Source: Candidatus Micrarchaeia archaeon
Lineage (GTDB): Archaea > Micrarchaeota > Micrarchaeia > Burarchaeales > JAVZCV01
Length of the DNA stretch: 63,569 bases
Assembly: GCA_038874215.1 (NCBI GenBank)
Contig: JAVZCV010000001.1
Location: 98,427 to 161,995, forward strand
Reading direction: 5' to 3'
Of this stretch, positions 36,678-48,325 are shown piece by piece (the first letter of the stretch is position 1; each line of letters opens with the position of its first letter). The notes below the pieces were generated by a model. The model saw nothing but the letters and a program-made list of their open reading frames with translations, was not told where the DNA came from and made no database searches. The position numbers and the translations under genes are program-made.

Positions 36678-38867
36678 TTAGTCCATGAATTCGTTCGGGC
36701 TTGGTGGTTCTGGCTTTTCACCCTTTCTCTCCCTTATCTGCCTGACTATTTTCTGCTGGAGCTCTCTTGGAAGTGGCTCAAAGCCAGCATACTCGTGGTA
36801 CCATATGGCTCTGCCCTGCGTTGCGCTTCTTATAGCGTTTGAGAACCCGAACATCTCGGCGACTGGCACTTTTGATGTTATTGATGCTATTTCTCCCTCC
36901 TGCTCTATATTCAGGACTTCTCCTCTCCTTCCCTGTATCTGCTGTATTATTTCTGATATGTATTCATATGGGGCTTGGACGAAAAGCTTCTGCTTTGGCT
37001 CAAGCAGAATCGGACCCGCGAAGAGCATTGCTGCATAGATGGGTCTTCTTATTGCAGGGACTATCTGGGCAGGCCCTCTATGCACGGGGTCTTCGTGAAT
37101 GAGGGCATCAACAATCTTAACCTTTATGCCAGTGACCTTCTCTCTTGACATCGGGCCGCTGTTAACTGCTTCCTCAAAACCCTGTATGAGAAGCTCCATT
37201 ACGTCGTTCATGTACTGGACTCCTTTCGTCATGTCTATTAGGACGCATCTGTTGCATATGTCCTTTATGTTTTTCGCCTCTTCTCGCGGCATCCCTGCCT
37301 CAACAAGAGTCTCCACGTATTGCTTGCCTTTCGGCCTCCCGTCAGGTATTTTTCCTTCAAGCATTGCTTCGTAAACGCCTTTCTCCAAAGGCTCAACTAC
37401 AACTTGGAATTTGGAGTGCTTATTCGGGGATTTGCCCTCAACGGGCCCATAGGGCTTGTCTATCGTCTCTCGGTAAACGACTATGGGCGGCGATGTAACT
37501 ATCTCAACGCCCTTTTCATTAACTATTTTGTACTCTATTATCTCAAGGTGGAGCTCGCCCATGCCTGAGATGAGGTGCTCGCCCGTTTCAGGGTTTATCT
37601 CAACCTTCACCGTTGGGTCTTCCTTCGCTATCTCCCTGAGCACATCTATTAGTTTAACGATGTCCTTCGTATTTTTTGATTCAACGGATTTCGTCACGAC
37701 AGGCTCGGAGTAATGTTTTATCTGTTCAAATGGCTCTACCCCTTCTTCGCTGACTGTTTCGCCCACATACAAGTTGTGCAAACCAACGAGCGCAACGATG
37801 TTTCCCGCTGGAACCTCCTCAACTATTACTCTGTCTGGTCCCATGTATATGCCAACCTGTTGTATTTTTTCCCTCTTGAAAGTTGCGGCAAGCGTTACCT
37901 CTGTGCCTTTTTTTGCCGTGCCAGAAAAAACGCGCGCTATCCCAACTTCGCCCGCATGCTCGTCTATCACAACGCCGAAGATAACCATTGAAAGCTTTGC
38001 GCTCGGGTCGCAGTTGAGCATCGCCTTCCCAGAATCCGAGTTTATGTCCCCATGCCAGAGGACGGGCACCCTGTAATTCTGCGCAACTTTAGGGTCTGGA
38101 AGATGTGTTATGACCATTCCGAGTATAACCTCGTCTACGGGCGCCTTTTCTACAAGAACGGAGTGCTCGTTTTTTGAGCAGTATTCGTATATGTTTTTGA
38201 ATGTTATCCCAGTCCGCTTCATGTAGCTGAAGCTAAGAGCCCATCTGTGAAAAGCAGAACCGAATGCAACGTTTCCCTTCTCAACTCCGATGAGCCATTT
38301 GTCTTTGAACTCGGGCCTGCAATAGCGCTCAATCAGCCTGTTCACATTCGTTATTATCTTCACAAGCCTTGCCTGCATTTCTTCGGGTGAGAGCTTCAAT
38401 TCGTTTATGAGCCTGTCTATCTTGTTTATGAAAAGAACAGGCTTGCTGTTTTCTTTCAGCGCCTGCCTCAGAACGGTTTCTGTCTGCGGCATAACCCCCT
38501 CAACAGCATCAACAACGAGAACAACACCATCAACAGCCCTCATCGCTCTCGTCACGTGCCCCCCAAAATCCACATGCCCAGGCGTGTCTATCAGGTTTAT
38601 CAGATAGTCCTCCCCATTATATTCAAAACCAAGGGAGATGTATGCGGCTTTTATCGTTATTCCCCTTTTCTGCTCAAGCTCCTCGTAGTCCATTACACGC
38701 TGCTGGCCTGCAAGGTCTTTTGACATAAGGCCCGCACGTGCGACGAGAGAATCGGTTAGCGTAGTCTTCCCATGGTCAACATGCGCAACAATACCGATAT
38801 TCCTTATTCTCTCTGGTTTTGTCATAAGTTTTTGAATCTCCTCTACCACGTATTCTTTCCTTACCAT
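36678..38867 (-). CDS. fusA: translation elongation factor aEF-2
   Basis: AHVDHGKTTL, DTPGHVDF, NKIDR, and the diphthamide region HEDPVHRG. Confidence 0.97.
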   Translation of the reverse strand: MVRKEYVVEEIQKLMTKPERIRNIGIVAHVDHGKTTLTDSLVARAGLMSKDLAGQQRVMDYEELEQKRGITIKAAYISLGFEYNGEDYLINLIDTPGHVDFGGHVTRAMRAVDGVVLVVDAVEGVMPQTETVLRQALKENSKPVLFINKIDRLINELKLSPEEMQARLVKIITNVNRLIERYCRPEFKDKWLIGVEKGNVAFGSAFHRWALSFSYMKRTGITFKNIYEYCSKNEHSVLVEKAPVDEVILGMVITHLPDPKVAQNYRVPVLWHGDINSDSGKAMLNCDPSAKLSMVIFGVVIDEHAGEVGIARVFSGTAKKGTEVTLAATFKREKIQQVGIYMGPDRVIVEEVPAGNIVALVGLHNLYVGETVSEEGVEPFEQIKHYSEPVVTKSVESKNTKDIVKLIDVLREIAKEDPTVKVEINPETGEHLISGMGELHLEIIEYKIVNEKGVEIVTSPPIVVYRETIDKPYGPVEGKSPNKHSKFQVVVEPLEKGVYEAMLEGKIPDGRPKGKQYVETLVEAGMPREEAKNIKDICNRCVLIDMTKGVQYMNDVMELLIQGFEEAVNSGPMSREKVTGIKVKIVDALIHEDPVHRGPAQIVPAIRRPIYAAMLFAGPILLEPKQKLFVQAPYEYISEIIQQIQGRRGEVLNIEQEGEIASITSKVPVAEMFGFSNAIRSATQGRAIWYHEYAGFEPLPRELQQKIVRQIRERKGEKPEPPSPNEFMD

Positions 38868-38878
38868 GAAACCACCGA

Positions 38879-39481
38879 CTACCTTGCGCTCCTTGCTATC
38901 CTCTCTGCTTCGTCCTTTTTCTTTATCGCATAGCTGTTCACATCGCCTTTCGCTGCGAGCATAAGCTCGTCTGCAAGGGCCTGCGCGAGCGTCTTCTCCT
39001 TATCAAAGGAGCCCATTATTGCGGCGAGCGTTACATTTCGGAGAGCCATGTCAAGCCTTCTCTCTGCAGAAACATCAACGGCAACCTGATACGAAACTCC
39101 TCCGTAGCGAACACGGGTAGTGTCTTCGCGAGGCGCAGTGTTCTCCAACGCGTTTACGAGAATTTGTATCGGGTTCTGGTTTGACTTCTTCGCTATTATG
39201 TCAAATGCCTCCTCAACAACTCTCATCGCTTTGAATTTCTTTCCCTGCAATCTCCCATGCGTTCTTATAACCTTTCCCGCCATCTTTTCTCCCGTGCCAC
39301 CCCGCATCATTTTGTTTACGAGCCTCTCAACGATGTTCAGTTTTTCCTTTCCGAAAGGCTTTTTCGCATGCCTTCCGTGGCTATGGGGAACGGAAAGGGG
39401 TGAGAGAGAGATGTATTGTTTTAGGCTCTCATCGTTTATCGTTATTCCTTCAAAATCATATTTCCCAAAAACTTTCGCCAT
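38879..39481 (-). CDS. rps7: 30S ribosomal protein S7 (uS7)
   Basis: MAKVFGKYDFEGITINDESLKQYISL... is a typical archaeal uS7; conserved position after S12. Confidence 0.92.
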   Translation of the reverse strand: MAKVFGKYDFEGITINDESLKQYISLSPLSVPHSHGRHAKKPFGKEKLNIVERLVNKMMRGGTGEKMAGKVIRTHGRLQGKKFKAMRVVEEAFDIIAKKSNQNPIQILVNALENTAPREDTTRVRYGGVSYQVAVDVSAERRLDMALRNVTLAAIMGSFDKEKTLAQALADELMLAAKGDVNSYAIKKKDEAERIARSAR

Positions 39482-39492
39482 AAACACACCGT

Positions 39493-39921
39493 TTACCTCT
39501 TTGGCTTCTCCTTTCTCTTAAGCCGCAGCTCCTCAAGGTCAACTCCGTTCACTGCAACAACCTTGTGCCTTACTCCCGGTATGCTGCCCATCTGCCCTCT
39601 TTGCGAGCCGCCAAGGTCCTCAACAAGAACCTCATCGTGCTCTTCTATTATGTTGATGGCACCGTCGCGCGGGCAGAATGCAGTGATTACCTTGCCATTT
39701 TTTATGAGCTGAACTTTCACGCATTTTATCAGACCAGAGTGCGGTTGCTTCTGCTCTATGGATTTTTTCTCAAGCACTATGCCCTTTGCCTGAGGGGCGC
39801 CTTCAAGCGGGTCAAACTTCTCCTTTAACCGAAGCTTTCTCCTTTTCCATGTCTTCTTCAGCCATTTTTGCCTCTGCCGCTTTCTCTTCATGTCCCTTCC
39901 GCTGAATTCTCCTTTTCCCAT
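39493..39921 (-). CDS. rps12: 30S ribosomal protein S12 (uS12)
   Basis: [20 protein letters not shown]...[24 protein letters not shown]...[12 protein letters not shown] at 39921; the track's TTG at 39939 is an alternative. Confidence 0.92.
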   Translation of the reverse strand: MGKGEFSGRDMKRKRQRQKWLKKTWKRRKLRLKEKFDPLEGAPQAKGIVLEKKSIEQKQPHSGLIKCVKVQLIKNGKVITAFCPRDGAINIIEEHDEVLVEDLGGSQRGQMGSIPGVRHKVVAVNGVDLEELRLKRKEKPKR

Positions 39922-39940
39922 AAGCACACCAGTAAGCAAG

Positions 39941-40363
39941 TTATTTAGTGGAATAAAGTTTTAAACCTAATCCGAAGTGCCTCTGAAGGAGGGCTGCTGC
40001 AAGCTTTACCCTATACCCATCTCTGCCTATCGCTGCACCCCGCTCGCTCTCATTTACCTTGACAACCACATAGCTCATACCGTTTATCTTTTCCACGGAT
40101 GCCGTGACTCTTGCGATGCTGAATATGTTCTCGGCAAACCTCTCTGGTGTTTCTGCATACTCCACTATATAAACGTTCTTCTTAAAGAGCTGGCGAACGC
40201 GCGATATTGTGCTGCCTTTTTTCCCAATAGCCTTTCCCAACTGGTTTTTTTCAACCACGAAGGTAACAGAATCTGGCTGAATGAGACAATCTTTGCACGC
40301 TGCGCCTGTTAGCTTTTCAAAAAGTGCGATGCATTTCAAATCATCGTTTGTAAGCGTTACCAT
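39941..40363 (-). CDS. nusA: archaeal NusA-like protein (two KH domains)
   Basis: 140 aa; KH GxxG-type motifs [10 protein letters not shown] and [11 protein letters not shown]; conserved position between L30e and S12. Confidence 0.85.
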   Translation of the reverse strand: MVTLTNDDLKCIALFEKLTGAACKDCLIQPDSVTFVVEKNQLGKAIGKKGSTISRVRQLFKKNVYIVEYAETPERFAENIFSIARVTASVEKINGMSYVVVKVNESERGAAIGRDGYRVKLAAALLQRHFGLGLKLYSTK

Positions 40364-40376
40364 GAGTACACCAGCA

Positions 40377-40682
40377 TCACTGTGAGCTCTTGGCTAAATC
40401 AAGTAGTGCTGAGTTGCCCTGCTCCAAAATGCCCAAGAAAGAGACAGGAAATGGCCTGCCGCATGCGGAACCAAGATCAATAGAAGTGCCTTCATATACA
40501 TACACAGGTATGTTTGAAACTTTTGCCTTTTCTTTTATCGCATCCGCGAATTCCTTGGGTGAGTTTGAGGCTATTATGACTAGTTTCAAAGATGCATCTG
40601 TAAGAGCATTTGAAACAGAACGGTAGCCCATTATAACCTTGCCCGTATCTACTGCCATTCTTATGTTTTTATCAATATCCAT
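40377..40682 (-). CDS. rpl30e: 50S ribosomal protein L30e (eL30)
   Basis: 101 aa; GKVIMGYRSV...KLVIIASN pattern and conserved position after rpoA''. Confidence 0.85.
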   Translation of the reverse strand: MDIDKNIRMAVDTGKVIMGYRSVSNALTDASLKLVIIASNSPKEFADAIKEKAKVSNIPVYVYEGTSIDLGSACGRPFPVSFLGILEQGNSALLDLAKSSQ

Positions 40683-40692
40683 AGAAACAACC

Positions 40693-41691
<999 letters not shown>

Positions 41692-44244
41692 TTACTCCCT
41701 CTCGTGGTCTGTTATTAGTTCCCCTATCTTCATATCCCTTTGTGGGTCCACGCCGTCGCCACCGTACCTGAACTGGGCAATCATATTTCTGGCGTCGCGA
41801 ACACTTAAATCGCTTCTAACAACAAAATCCTGAAGGGCATTTATGAGTCTCCTTTGCATATATCCTGAGCGAGCCGTCCTTATCGCAGTATTCACGAGAG
41901 ATTCCCTGCCTCCGACGGAGTGGAAGAAGTAATCAATAGGTGTCAAACCTTCTGTGAAACAGCTGGGTATAAAGCCACGTGCATACGCCCCAAGGTCCCC
42001 TCTCTTGAAGTGATGGAGAGCTCGTTTGAAGTAACCACGGCTTATTCGCTTAGACCTTATTGACTGCTGGCCGAGCATGCATGCCATTTGTATAACGTTT
42101 AGTATGCTGCCTCGGGCGCCCGTGCGTGCCATGAGGATTGCACTGTTTTCTGGGCTTAAATCCTCCTCAACCACTTCTCCGCATGCCGTTCTCGCTTTAC
42201 CAAGAACCTCCATTGCCCTTTCTTCAAGTGTTTCTCTCAGCGTCCTGCCGGGAGTGCGCTCAAGCGTCTTGTTTTTATACTTCAAAACGAGAGCCTCTAC
42301 TTCTTTTCTTGCCTTTTCCTCTATCTTTTCTATTTTCTCGGAAGCGTTTTTGCTTATGTGGTAGTCTGAGAGGGTGACCGAGAAACCGTGCCTCGTCACA
42401 ACATATAAGGATACGCGTGTTGCCTTGTCTATGAAATCTCGTGCCGCATCCGAGGATATGAGCATCATTCGTTCAACGAGTTCGTTGCCAAATACTTTGC
42501 TGTCTATCGTGCCCGCTTCAAGCTGTCCGTTTTTGATGACAACGTAGGCGTCGTAGGGGCAGTCTTTTTTCACGCATTTTGTGCATTTCTTCCCATACAT
42601 GCACATTTTTGTCTTCGTCTCAAGGTTTATTTCTGGGTGGAGGAGCATGGAGAAGAGTTTTTTGCCAGAATATTTTCCATTTCTTTCGGGCTCAGGAAGT
42701 TCGTATTTCCCCACTATTGCAGCTATCTGGCATGCATCCTTCTTGTCAAAGTATGCATCTTTCTTCGTTAAGAAATAAACGCCAGACACATGGTCCTCGT
42801 GGGGCTTTATTATTGCATGGCCGTGGCGTGGGGAGATTATCTGGTCCTGAACCTTCATGAGCAGTTCTGCCTCAACTCTTGCTTCCTCTGTCTGCGGTAC
42901 GTGGAGATTCATCTCGTCTCCATCAAAGTCCGCGTTGTATGGGGGGCATACTGCAAGGTTAAGCCTGAAGGAGCGCCCGTTCATTATTCGCACATTGTGG
43001 CACATTATTGAAAGCCTGTGCAATGATGGCTGTCTGTTAAAAAGAACGGTATCGCCATTTTGCAACTGCCGCTCTATCGTGCAACCCGGGACCACTTCGT
43101 TAAGAACTTCCTCCCTTGTCTTGTCCGTTATTTTCTTTCTCTTCCCATCAGGGCGAACAAGATAAACCGCAAGAGGAGGTTCTGTGCGCATTATGAGCTT
43201 CTTGCATTCCTCAATATTCCAGTCTGTTACTTTAATTGGTACGGTGAGTTCTTCGGCTACGGCCCTCGGCACGCCAACCTCATTTATGCTTATGTTCGGG
43301 TCTGGGGATATGACCGTTCGCGCAGAAAAGTTAACGCGCTTGCCAGATAGGTTGTAGCGGAATCTTCCCTCTTTCCCTTTAAGCCTTTGTGAGAGTGTTT
43401 TCAGCGGTCTGCCAGACCTATGCCTTGCGGGCGGTATGTTTGCAGTCTCGTTATTGAAGTATGTCGTTACGTGGTATTGGAGAAGCTCCCATAAGTCTTC
43501 TATTATTAGTTGCGGCGCTCCGGCGTTTATGTTTGCTTCAAGCCTCTGGTTTATTCTCATTATATCCACGAGCTTATGCGTGAGGTCATCCTCAGAGCGC
43601 TCCCCTGTTTCAAGGGTTATTGAGGGTCTTACTGTCACAGGTGGAACAAGCAGTGCAGTAAGAACCATCCATTCAGGTCTCGCATATTCGGGGTCTATCC
43701 CAAGAATTTTTAGGTCTTCTGACGGAATTTTTTCAAGGTGGTCCCTTATATCTGTCGGAAGCAGCATTTTCCCATCTGCCTGAAAAGTGGTCGGCCTCTC
43801 AAACTTTATGTTCGGTTGCTTTGCACCGCAGTGCGGGCATTTTGATACCTTCCTTGACTTTTCAAGGAGGCTTAGCTGCTCCTCCTCGCTCACGGATTTT
43901 AGGTGCTCTATTTGTCTTTTTGGAAGCAGTATTCTGTGGCATGAAAAGCATGTGGCTTTAAGAAGAAGGAAAATAACGCGGGCAAACTCAGGGTGTATTA
44001 CGGGCCTAACGAGCTCGGTATGCCCAAAATGCCCAGAGCAGTCCCGTATTCTACCGCCGCATGTCTTGCATCTCAAACCTGGGTCTATAACACCAAGGCG
44101 CTGGTCAACAAGACCCCCGTCTATCGGGTAGCCGTCCTCATTATACGTATCGGGTATGGTTATTTTAGCTACCGAAATTTTCCTAATCATCTCTGGCGAG
44201 AAGAGGGAGAACTTTATTTTTTCTATCATTTTTTCTATCGCCAT
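41692..44244 (-). CDS. rpoA1: DNA-directed RNA polymerase subunit A'
   Basis: Zn-binding CKTCGG..C..HFGH, catalytic NADFDGDEMN, 850 aa. Confidence 0.97.
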   Translation of the reverse strand: MAIEKMIEKIKFSLFSPEMIRKISVAKITIPDTYNEDGYPIDGGLVDQRLGVIDPGLRCKTCGGRIRDCSGHFGHTELVRPVIHPEFARVIFLLLKATCFSCHRILLPKRQIEHLKSVSEEEQLSLLEKSRKVSKCPHCGAKQPNIKFERPTTFQADGKMLLPTDIRDHLEKIPSEDLKILGIDPEYARPEWMVLTALLVPPVTVRPSITLETGERSEDDLTHKLVDIMRINQRLEANINAGAPQLIIEDLWELLQYHVTTYFNNETANIPPARHRSGRPLKTLSQRLKGKEGRFRYNLSGKRVNFSARTVISPDPNISINEVGVPRAVAEELTVPIKVTDWNIEECKKLIMRTEPPLAVYLVRPDGKRKKITDKTREEVLNEVVPGCTIERQLQNGDTVLFNRQPSLHRLSIMCHNVRIMNGRSFRLNLAVCPPYNADFDGDEMNLHVPQTEEARVEAELLMKVQDQIISPRHGHAIIKPHEDHVSGVYFLTKKDAYFDKKDACQIAAIVGKYELPEPERNGKYSGKKLFSMLLHPEINLETKTKMCMYGKKCTKCVKKDCPYDAYVVIKNGQLEAGTIDSKVFGNELVERMMLISSDAARDFIDKATRVSLYVVTRHGFSVTLSDYHISKNASEKIEKIEEKARKEVEALVLKYKNKTLERTPGRTLRETLEERAMEVLGKARTACGEVVEEDLSPENSAILMARTGARGSILNVIQMACMLGQQSIRSKRISRGYFKRALHHFKRGDLGAYARGFIPSCFTEGLTPIDYFFHSVGGRESLVNTAIRTARSGYMQRRLINALQDFVVRSDLSVRDARNMIAQFRYGGDGVDPQRDMKIGELITDHERE

Positions 44245-44245
44245 T

Positions 44246-46081
44246 TCACTCAGCCTTGTCCTTTAATCTCAACCTTGGGAATATGCCTATCGCCTTTATT
44301 TCATCCAAGAGCAGTTTGAAGGCATAGCTCATCTCAACATAATGCAGGTCATTTGAATCGCAAAGCGGACAGTAGTCTATGTTTTTAACATGATCATGCA
44401 CTGCTATAGAACCGCACTGGTTGCATACGAGCTCCAAAGCCTTGTCGGACTCCTCAAGGAGGCGCTCTCTCAGCAGCATGCTCGCGCCATAGCCTATAAG
44501 GCAGTCTCTTTCCATCTCGCCAAACCTCAATCCGCCTTCCCTTGCCCTTCCCTCGGTTGGTTGATGGGTAAGCAGTTGAACAGGGCCTCTGCTTCTAACA
44601 TGCATTTTATTGGCAACTAGATGGTGCAGCTTCTGGTAGTATATGACACCCATAAAAACCTTTGACTCCAATTTCTCTCCGCTCAAACCGTCATAAAGCT
44701 CTTCTTTTCCATATTCATCAAAGCCATAGCTCTTCAGTATATCACAGAACTCCTTTTCCTTATCTCCTCCAAATGCGGTTCCATCACCTATTCTTCCTGT
44801 CATGCAAGAAGCCTTCGCACCAAGCATCTCTAGCATGTGGCCAGCTGTCATGCGTGAGGGTATTGCATGTGGGTTGATTATCAGGTCTGGAACTATTCCG
44901 CTTGAAGTGAATGGCATATCCTCTTGAGGAACGAGCAAACCTATTACTCCCTTCTGCCCATGCCTTGAAGCAAACTTATCACCCTGTTCGGGTATGCAGA
45001 TGCTCCGCACTCTAACCTTGACAAGCTTGTGCCCTGCGGGGTTTTCCGTGACGAGCACTGAATCAACTACGCCCGTGTCCCTCCCTTTAACAGTTACGGA
45101 GTTCTCGCGCTTCTTTTCTTCCGTTATGCCAAAGGACGACACTTCCTCAAGGAATCTTGGGGGTGATGTTTTTCCTATTAAAACATCCTTCGGTTTAACG
45201 ACGCTTTCTGGCTCAATTATTCCATCTTCTCCAAGATTCCTGTAAGTTTCCTCCTCTCTGTAACCTTGAACAACAGGCTGGGGAATCTCAAACTTATCCT
45301 TCTGACCACCTGGGTATTTCCTTTCCTCCGTCTCATAGGTTTTGTAGAATACTGAGCGTGCGAGAGCACGATCCACGCTGTTTCTGTTAAAAACTACTGC
45401 ATCGCCCATATTATAACCGAAATAACTCGTAACTGCCACGACGAAATTTTGACCCGCAGGCCTCTGGGACAGCCTTAGGGATTTATATGGGGAAGTTTGG
45501 ACGAGCGGTATTTGTGGGTAGTACATTATGTGGGCACGGGAATCCATGCGCAAGTTGAAGTTGCTCACATAAATTCCGAGGGACTGCTTGCTCATAGCGC
45601 ATGCCATTGTTATACGGGGTGAAGAATTGTATTCGGGGAATGGAAGCTGAGAAACTGTGATGCCCACGATTGATATGGGGTCTATCTCCAAATGCGTGTG
45701 CTCCTCAGTCAACTCCTCCTCTTTCATAGCAACGTATGCTTCCTCTTCCTCCTCAGCATCAAGCAACTCAACTACGCCCATTGAGAGAAGATGGTTCCAT
45801 GTAAGCTCCCCGTTGCGTATTTTTTCAGCTATTTCGGGCGTGAATTTGGATTTGCCGTTTTCAACGACGATGTATGGCCTGCGAGCCCTGCCGCTGTCTG
45901 TAGATATATGTACTTCGTTTGCTATGGGATTGTATGAAACATTTAGCTCAGGGTGGAGTTCTCCGCATCGCCTTTTTTGCCTAATTGTATTTACAAGTTC
46001 ATTTGGCTTCTGGTGGAAGCCAAGCAACCTTCCGTTCAGATATACCGCAGCTTTTTCCTCTTTTCCTTCGTTTTCCCCCAT
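44246..46081 (-). CDS. rpoB1: DNA-directed RNA polymerase subunit B' (C-terminal part of split RpoB)
   Basis: GDKFASRHGQKGV, GEMERDCLIGYGA, C-terminal Zn ribbon CNQCG..CPLC; 611 aa. Confidence 0.97.
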   Translation of the reverse strand: MGENEGKEEKAAVYLNGRLLGFHQKPNELVNTIRQKRRCGELHPELNVSYNPIANEVHISTDSGRARRPYIVVENGKSKFTPEIAEKIRNGELTWNHLLSMGVVELLDAEEEEEAYVAMKEEELTEEHTHLEIDPISIVGITVSQLPFPEYNSSPRITMACAMSKQSLGIYVSNFNLRMDSRAHIMYYPQIPLVQTSPYKSLRLSQRPAGQNFVVAVTSYFGYNMGDAVVFNRNSVDRALARSVFYKTYETEERKYPGGQKDKFEIPQPVVQGYREEETYRNLGEDGIIEPESVVKPKDVLIGKTSPPRFLEEVSSFGITEEKKRENSVTVKGRDTGVVDSVLVTENPAGHKLVKVRVRSICIPEQGDKFASRHGQKGVIGLLVPQEDMPFTSSGIVPDLIINPHAIPSRMTAGHMLEMLGAKASCMTGRIGDGTAFGGDKEKEFCDILKSYGFDEYGKEELYDGLSGEKLESKVFMGVIYYQKLHHLVANKMHVRSRGPVQLLTHQPTEGRAREGGLRFGEMERDCLIGYGASMLLRERLLEESDKALELVCNQCGSIAVHDHVKNIDYCPLCDSNDLHYVEMSYAFKLLLDEIKAIGIFPRLRLKDKAE

Positions 46082-46089
46082 TTAAACAC

Positions 46090-47556
46090 CTATTCCATAA
46101 AAACCCCAAGTTTTCTTATTTCCCTTTCAACTTCTGCCTCATCAACGCCTGTGGATATTTCACATAGAAGCGCCATGTTCTTCACAAGAGCGCATGAAGG
46201 TCCTTCTGGCGATTCGTTTGGGCAGAGCTTACCCCAGTGTGTCCCATGGAGGTCTCTTGCCTTAAAGTGGGGATGCTTTCTGCTAAGAGGCGAGATTATT
46301 CTCCTTAGATGGGATAGCATAGAGAGGTGGTTCGTTCTATCAAGAAGCTGGGATACGCCCGTTTGTCCAGCTATCCAGTTTCCCGTAGCCATAGAGTACC
46401 TTATACGTTCTGTAAGAGCATCGGGCCTGACAAGAGTCTGCACAACGAGCCTTCTTCCACGTGCATGTGCGCGCTCTATTTGATAAGCAACATCCTTAAC
46501 CAAGAACTGGAATGCATATCTGAATAATTCGTTCATAAGGTTTCCTGCGAGCTTTATTCTCTTGTTCGCATAGTGGTCCTTGTCATCTTCGGGAAGTTTT
46601 TTGTAAGCAACCCGTATCCCACGCTCCGCCATCTTGCAGAGGTAGTATGCCTTTGCAAGCCTGTCCTCAGGTTTAACCCCTATGTGGGGCAGGAGATAGC
46701 TATCAAGCAGTATCTCAGCTCTCTTCGCCCTATACTCCTTCGCTTGGCCTGGCGCAGCCTTCTTACCGATGTATTCAAGCGCATTTTCCTTATTGGTTGT
46801 TTCGTCAAGTTCTATATTTAGAAGAACATCGTTCTGAATGTAATCCTCGTTAGAGAAAGCGCTGATTATCTGCTCGTTTTTTTCCATGCCCAGCGCACGG
46901 AGAACGGCTATGAGCCTGAGGTCCTTTGGGGCGGCTGGAAAAACAACGACCATCGTGCCATCATACGCACGCTCAACTACGCAACGAGCCCTGAAACCAA
47001 GATTTGTTGAGAAGACTTTGGATGCAATTATTGCGCCGTCTTTCTCCTTTGAAACCATTATCCTATTCTGAGCCAGGTCTTCTATGCTTACGAGCACTCT
47101 CTCACTGCCGTTTATTATGAAGTAGCCGCCTGGGTCGTTCGGGTCTTCGCCCGCTTCAATCAGCTCGCTTCTTGTCATATTGCAGAGATGGCATAATTCA
47201 GAGCGCACCATGACGGGCAACTCGCCAATAAAAACCTCTGAGAATATTCGCCTTTCAACTCCTTCTATTACGGGTACCATTTCAAGGTATACTGGGGCAG
47301 CATATGTTAGGTTTCTCAGTCTTGCCTCCATCGGAGTGATGTATCTGTGTGAGCCGTCAGCCTCAACTATCATGGGTTTCTCAAGGCGCACTCTGCCAAG
47401 TTTCAGCTTATATCCCTCTATATTCGGCTCTATGTATCCAACGCTGTCTATTATTTCCTGAATGCCGGAGTTTACAAATTTATTGTATGATTCAAGGTGT
47501 TGCCGCACGAGGCTGTTTTGTCTGAAATATGCGTCGAGCAATTCGCTCATCAACAC
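46090..47556 (-). CDS. rpoB2: DNA-directed RNA polymerase subunit B'' (N-terminal part of split RpoB)
   Basis: 488 aa; DPGGYFIINGSERV and HPHFKARDLHGTHWGKLCPNESPEG motifs. Confidence 0.97.
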   Translation of the reverse strand: MLMSELLDAYFRQNSLVRQHLESYNKFVNSGIQEIIDSVGYIEPNIEGYKLKLGRVRLEKPMIVEADGSHRYITPMEARLRNLTYAAPVYLEMVPVIEGVERRIFSEVFIGELPVMVRSELCHLCNMTRSELIEAGEDPNDPGGYFIINGSERVLVSIEDLAQNRIMVSKEKDGAIIASKVFSTNLGFRARCVVERAYDGTMVVVFPAAPKDLRLIAVLRALGMEKNEQIISAFSNEDYIQNDVLLNIELDETTNKENALEYIGKKAAPGQAKEYRAKRAEILLDSYLLPHIGVKPEDRLAKAYYLCKMAERGIRVAYKKLPEDDKDHYANKRIKLAGNLMNELFRYAFQFLVKDVAYQIERAHARGRRLVVQTLVRPDALTERIRYSMATGNWIAGQTGVSQLLDRTNHLSMLSHLRRIISPLSRKHPHFKARDLHGTHWGKLCPNESPEGPSCALVKNMALLCEISTGVDEAEVEREIRKLGVFME

Positions 47557-47558
47557 AC

Positions 47559-47816
47559 CTACTTTATTACAACGCGGTAGTATGCATTCCCTCCTGTTGT
47601 GTCGTTCCGCGTTATTTTTATTATGTCACCAACTTTTACTTCAAGATGCGCTATGGCAGGATCATCTATGTGTATTTTTGGCAATTTTGATTTATCCACC
47701 TTTAAAGCAGAAAGAACCTCTTCGGGATTTTGCAAAATTTCGTGCTTTGGAACAAGTTCATGGGTTAGAGGAGGTCTGCTGCCGCCCAACATCTCACCTA
47801 AGAAGTAATATCTCAC
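47559..47816 (-). CDS. rpoH: DNA-directed RNA polymerase subunit H (Rpb5-like)
   Basis: HELVPKHEIL...LPKIHIDDPAI...GDIIKITRNDTTGGNAYYRVV. The track start is a GTG at 47816; the ATG at 47792 is equally plausible. Confidence 0.9.
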   Translation of the reverse strand: MRYYFLGEMLGGSRPPLTHELVPKHEILQNPEEVLSALKVDKSKLPKIHIDDPAIAHLEVKVGDIIKITRNDTTGGNAYYRVVIK

Positions 47817-47906
47817 GTATTTTATTGAGAAAGATATAAAAATGTTTCATTGATTTCTGGTCGCATAGGGATGAATACTCTTGGAATAGGGCCAACGGTT
47901 ATTCAA

Positions 47907-48284
47907 CTATCCAAGAACTTTCATCGCCTTTTTTATGTTGTCGGGCTTTATTACAAGCTCAACCTCGTTGCCTTTTCTTTCTAGAAGGTATACGCATTCA
48001 ATGTTTATGTTTTCCTTTGCAAGTTTTCTTGCAACCTTCCCCAGCTCTCCGGGTTTATCAAGCATTTTTACTACGAGCACGTCTCCTTCTACAACATTGA
48101 ACCCGCCCTGCTGGAGTATTTTTCTAGTAGTCGCCTCGTCTTCGGTTATTAATCTTATAACTCCTGCATCGCCTTGCCCCTGTGCAGATATTCCTTTTAT
48201 GTTAACGCCTGATCTCCCAAGGAGTTCGCAGACGTCTGCAAGGGCTCCAACTCTGTTTTCAACTATTATGGTAAACTGCCTCAT
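47907..48284 (-). CDS. tandem ACT domain protein
   Basis: Two ACT-like halves: VENRVGALADVCELLGRSGVNIKGISA and MLDKPGELGKVARKLAKENINIECVY. Confidence 0.75.
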   Translation of the reverse strand: MRQFTIIVENRVGALADVCELLGRSGVNIKGISAQGQGDAGVIRLITEDEATTRKILQQGGFNVVEGDVLVVKMLDKPGELGKVARKLAKENINIECVYLLERKGNEVELVIKPDNIKKAMKVLG

Positions 48285-48325
48285 GGTATCACCGATAGCT
48301 AATAGACGGAAAAGTTAATAATGGT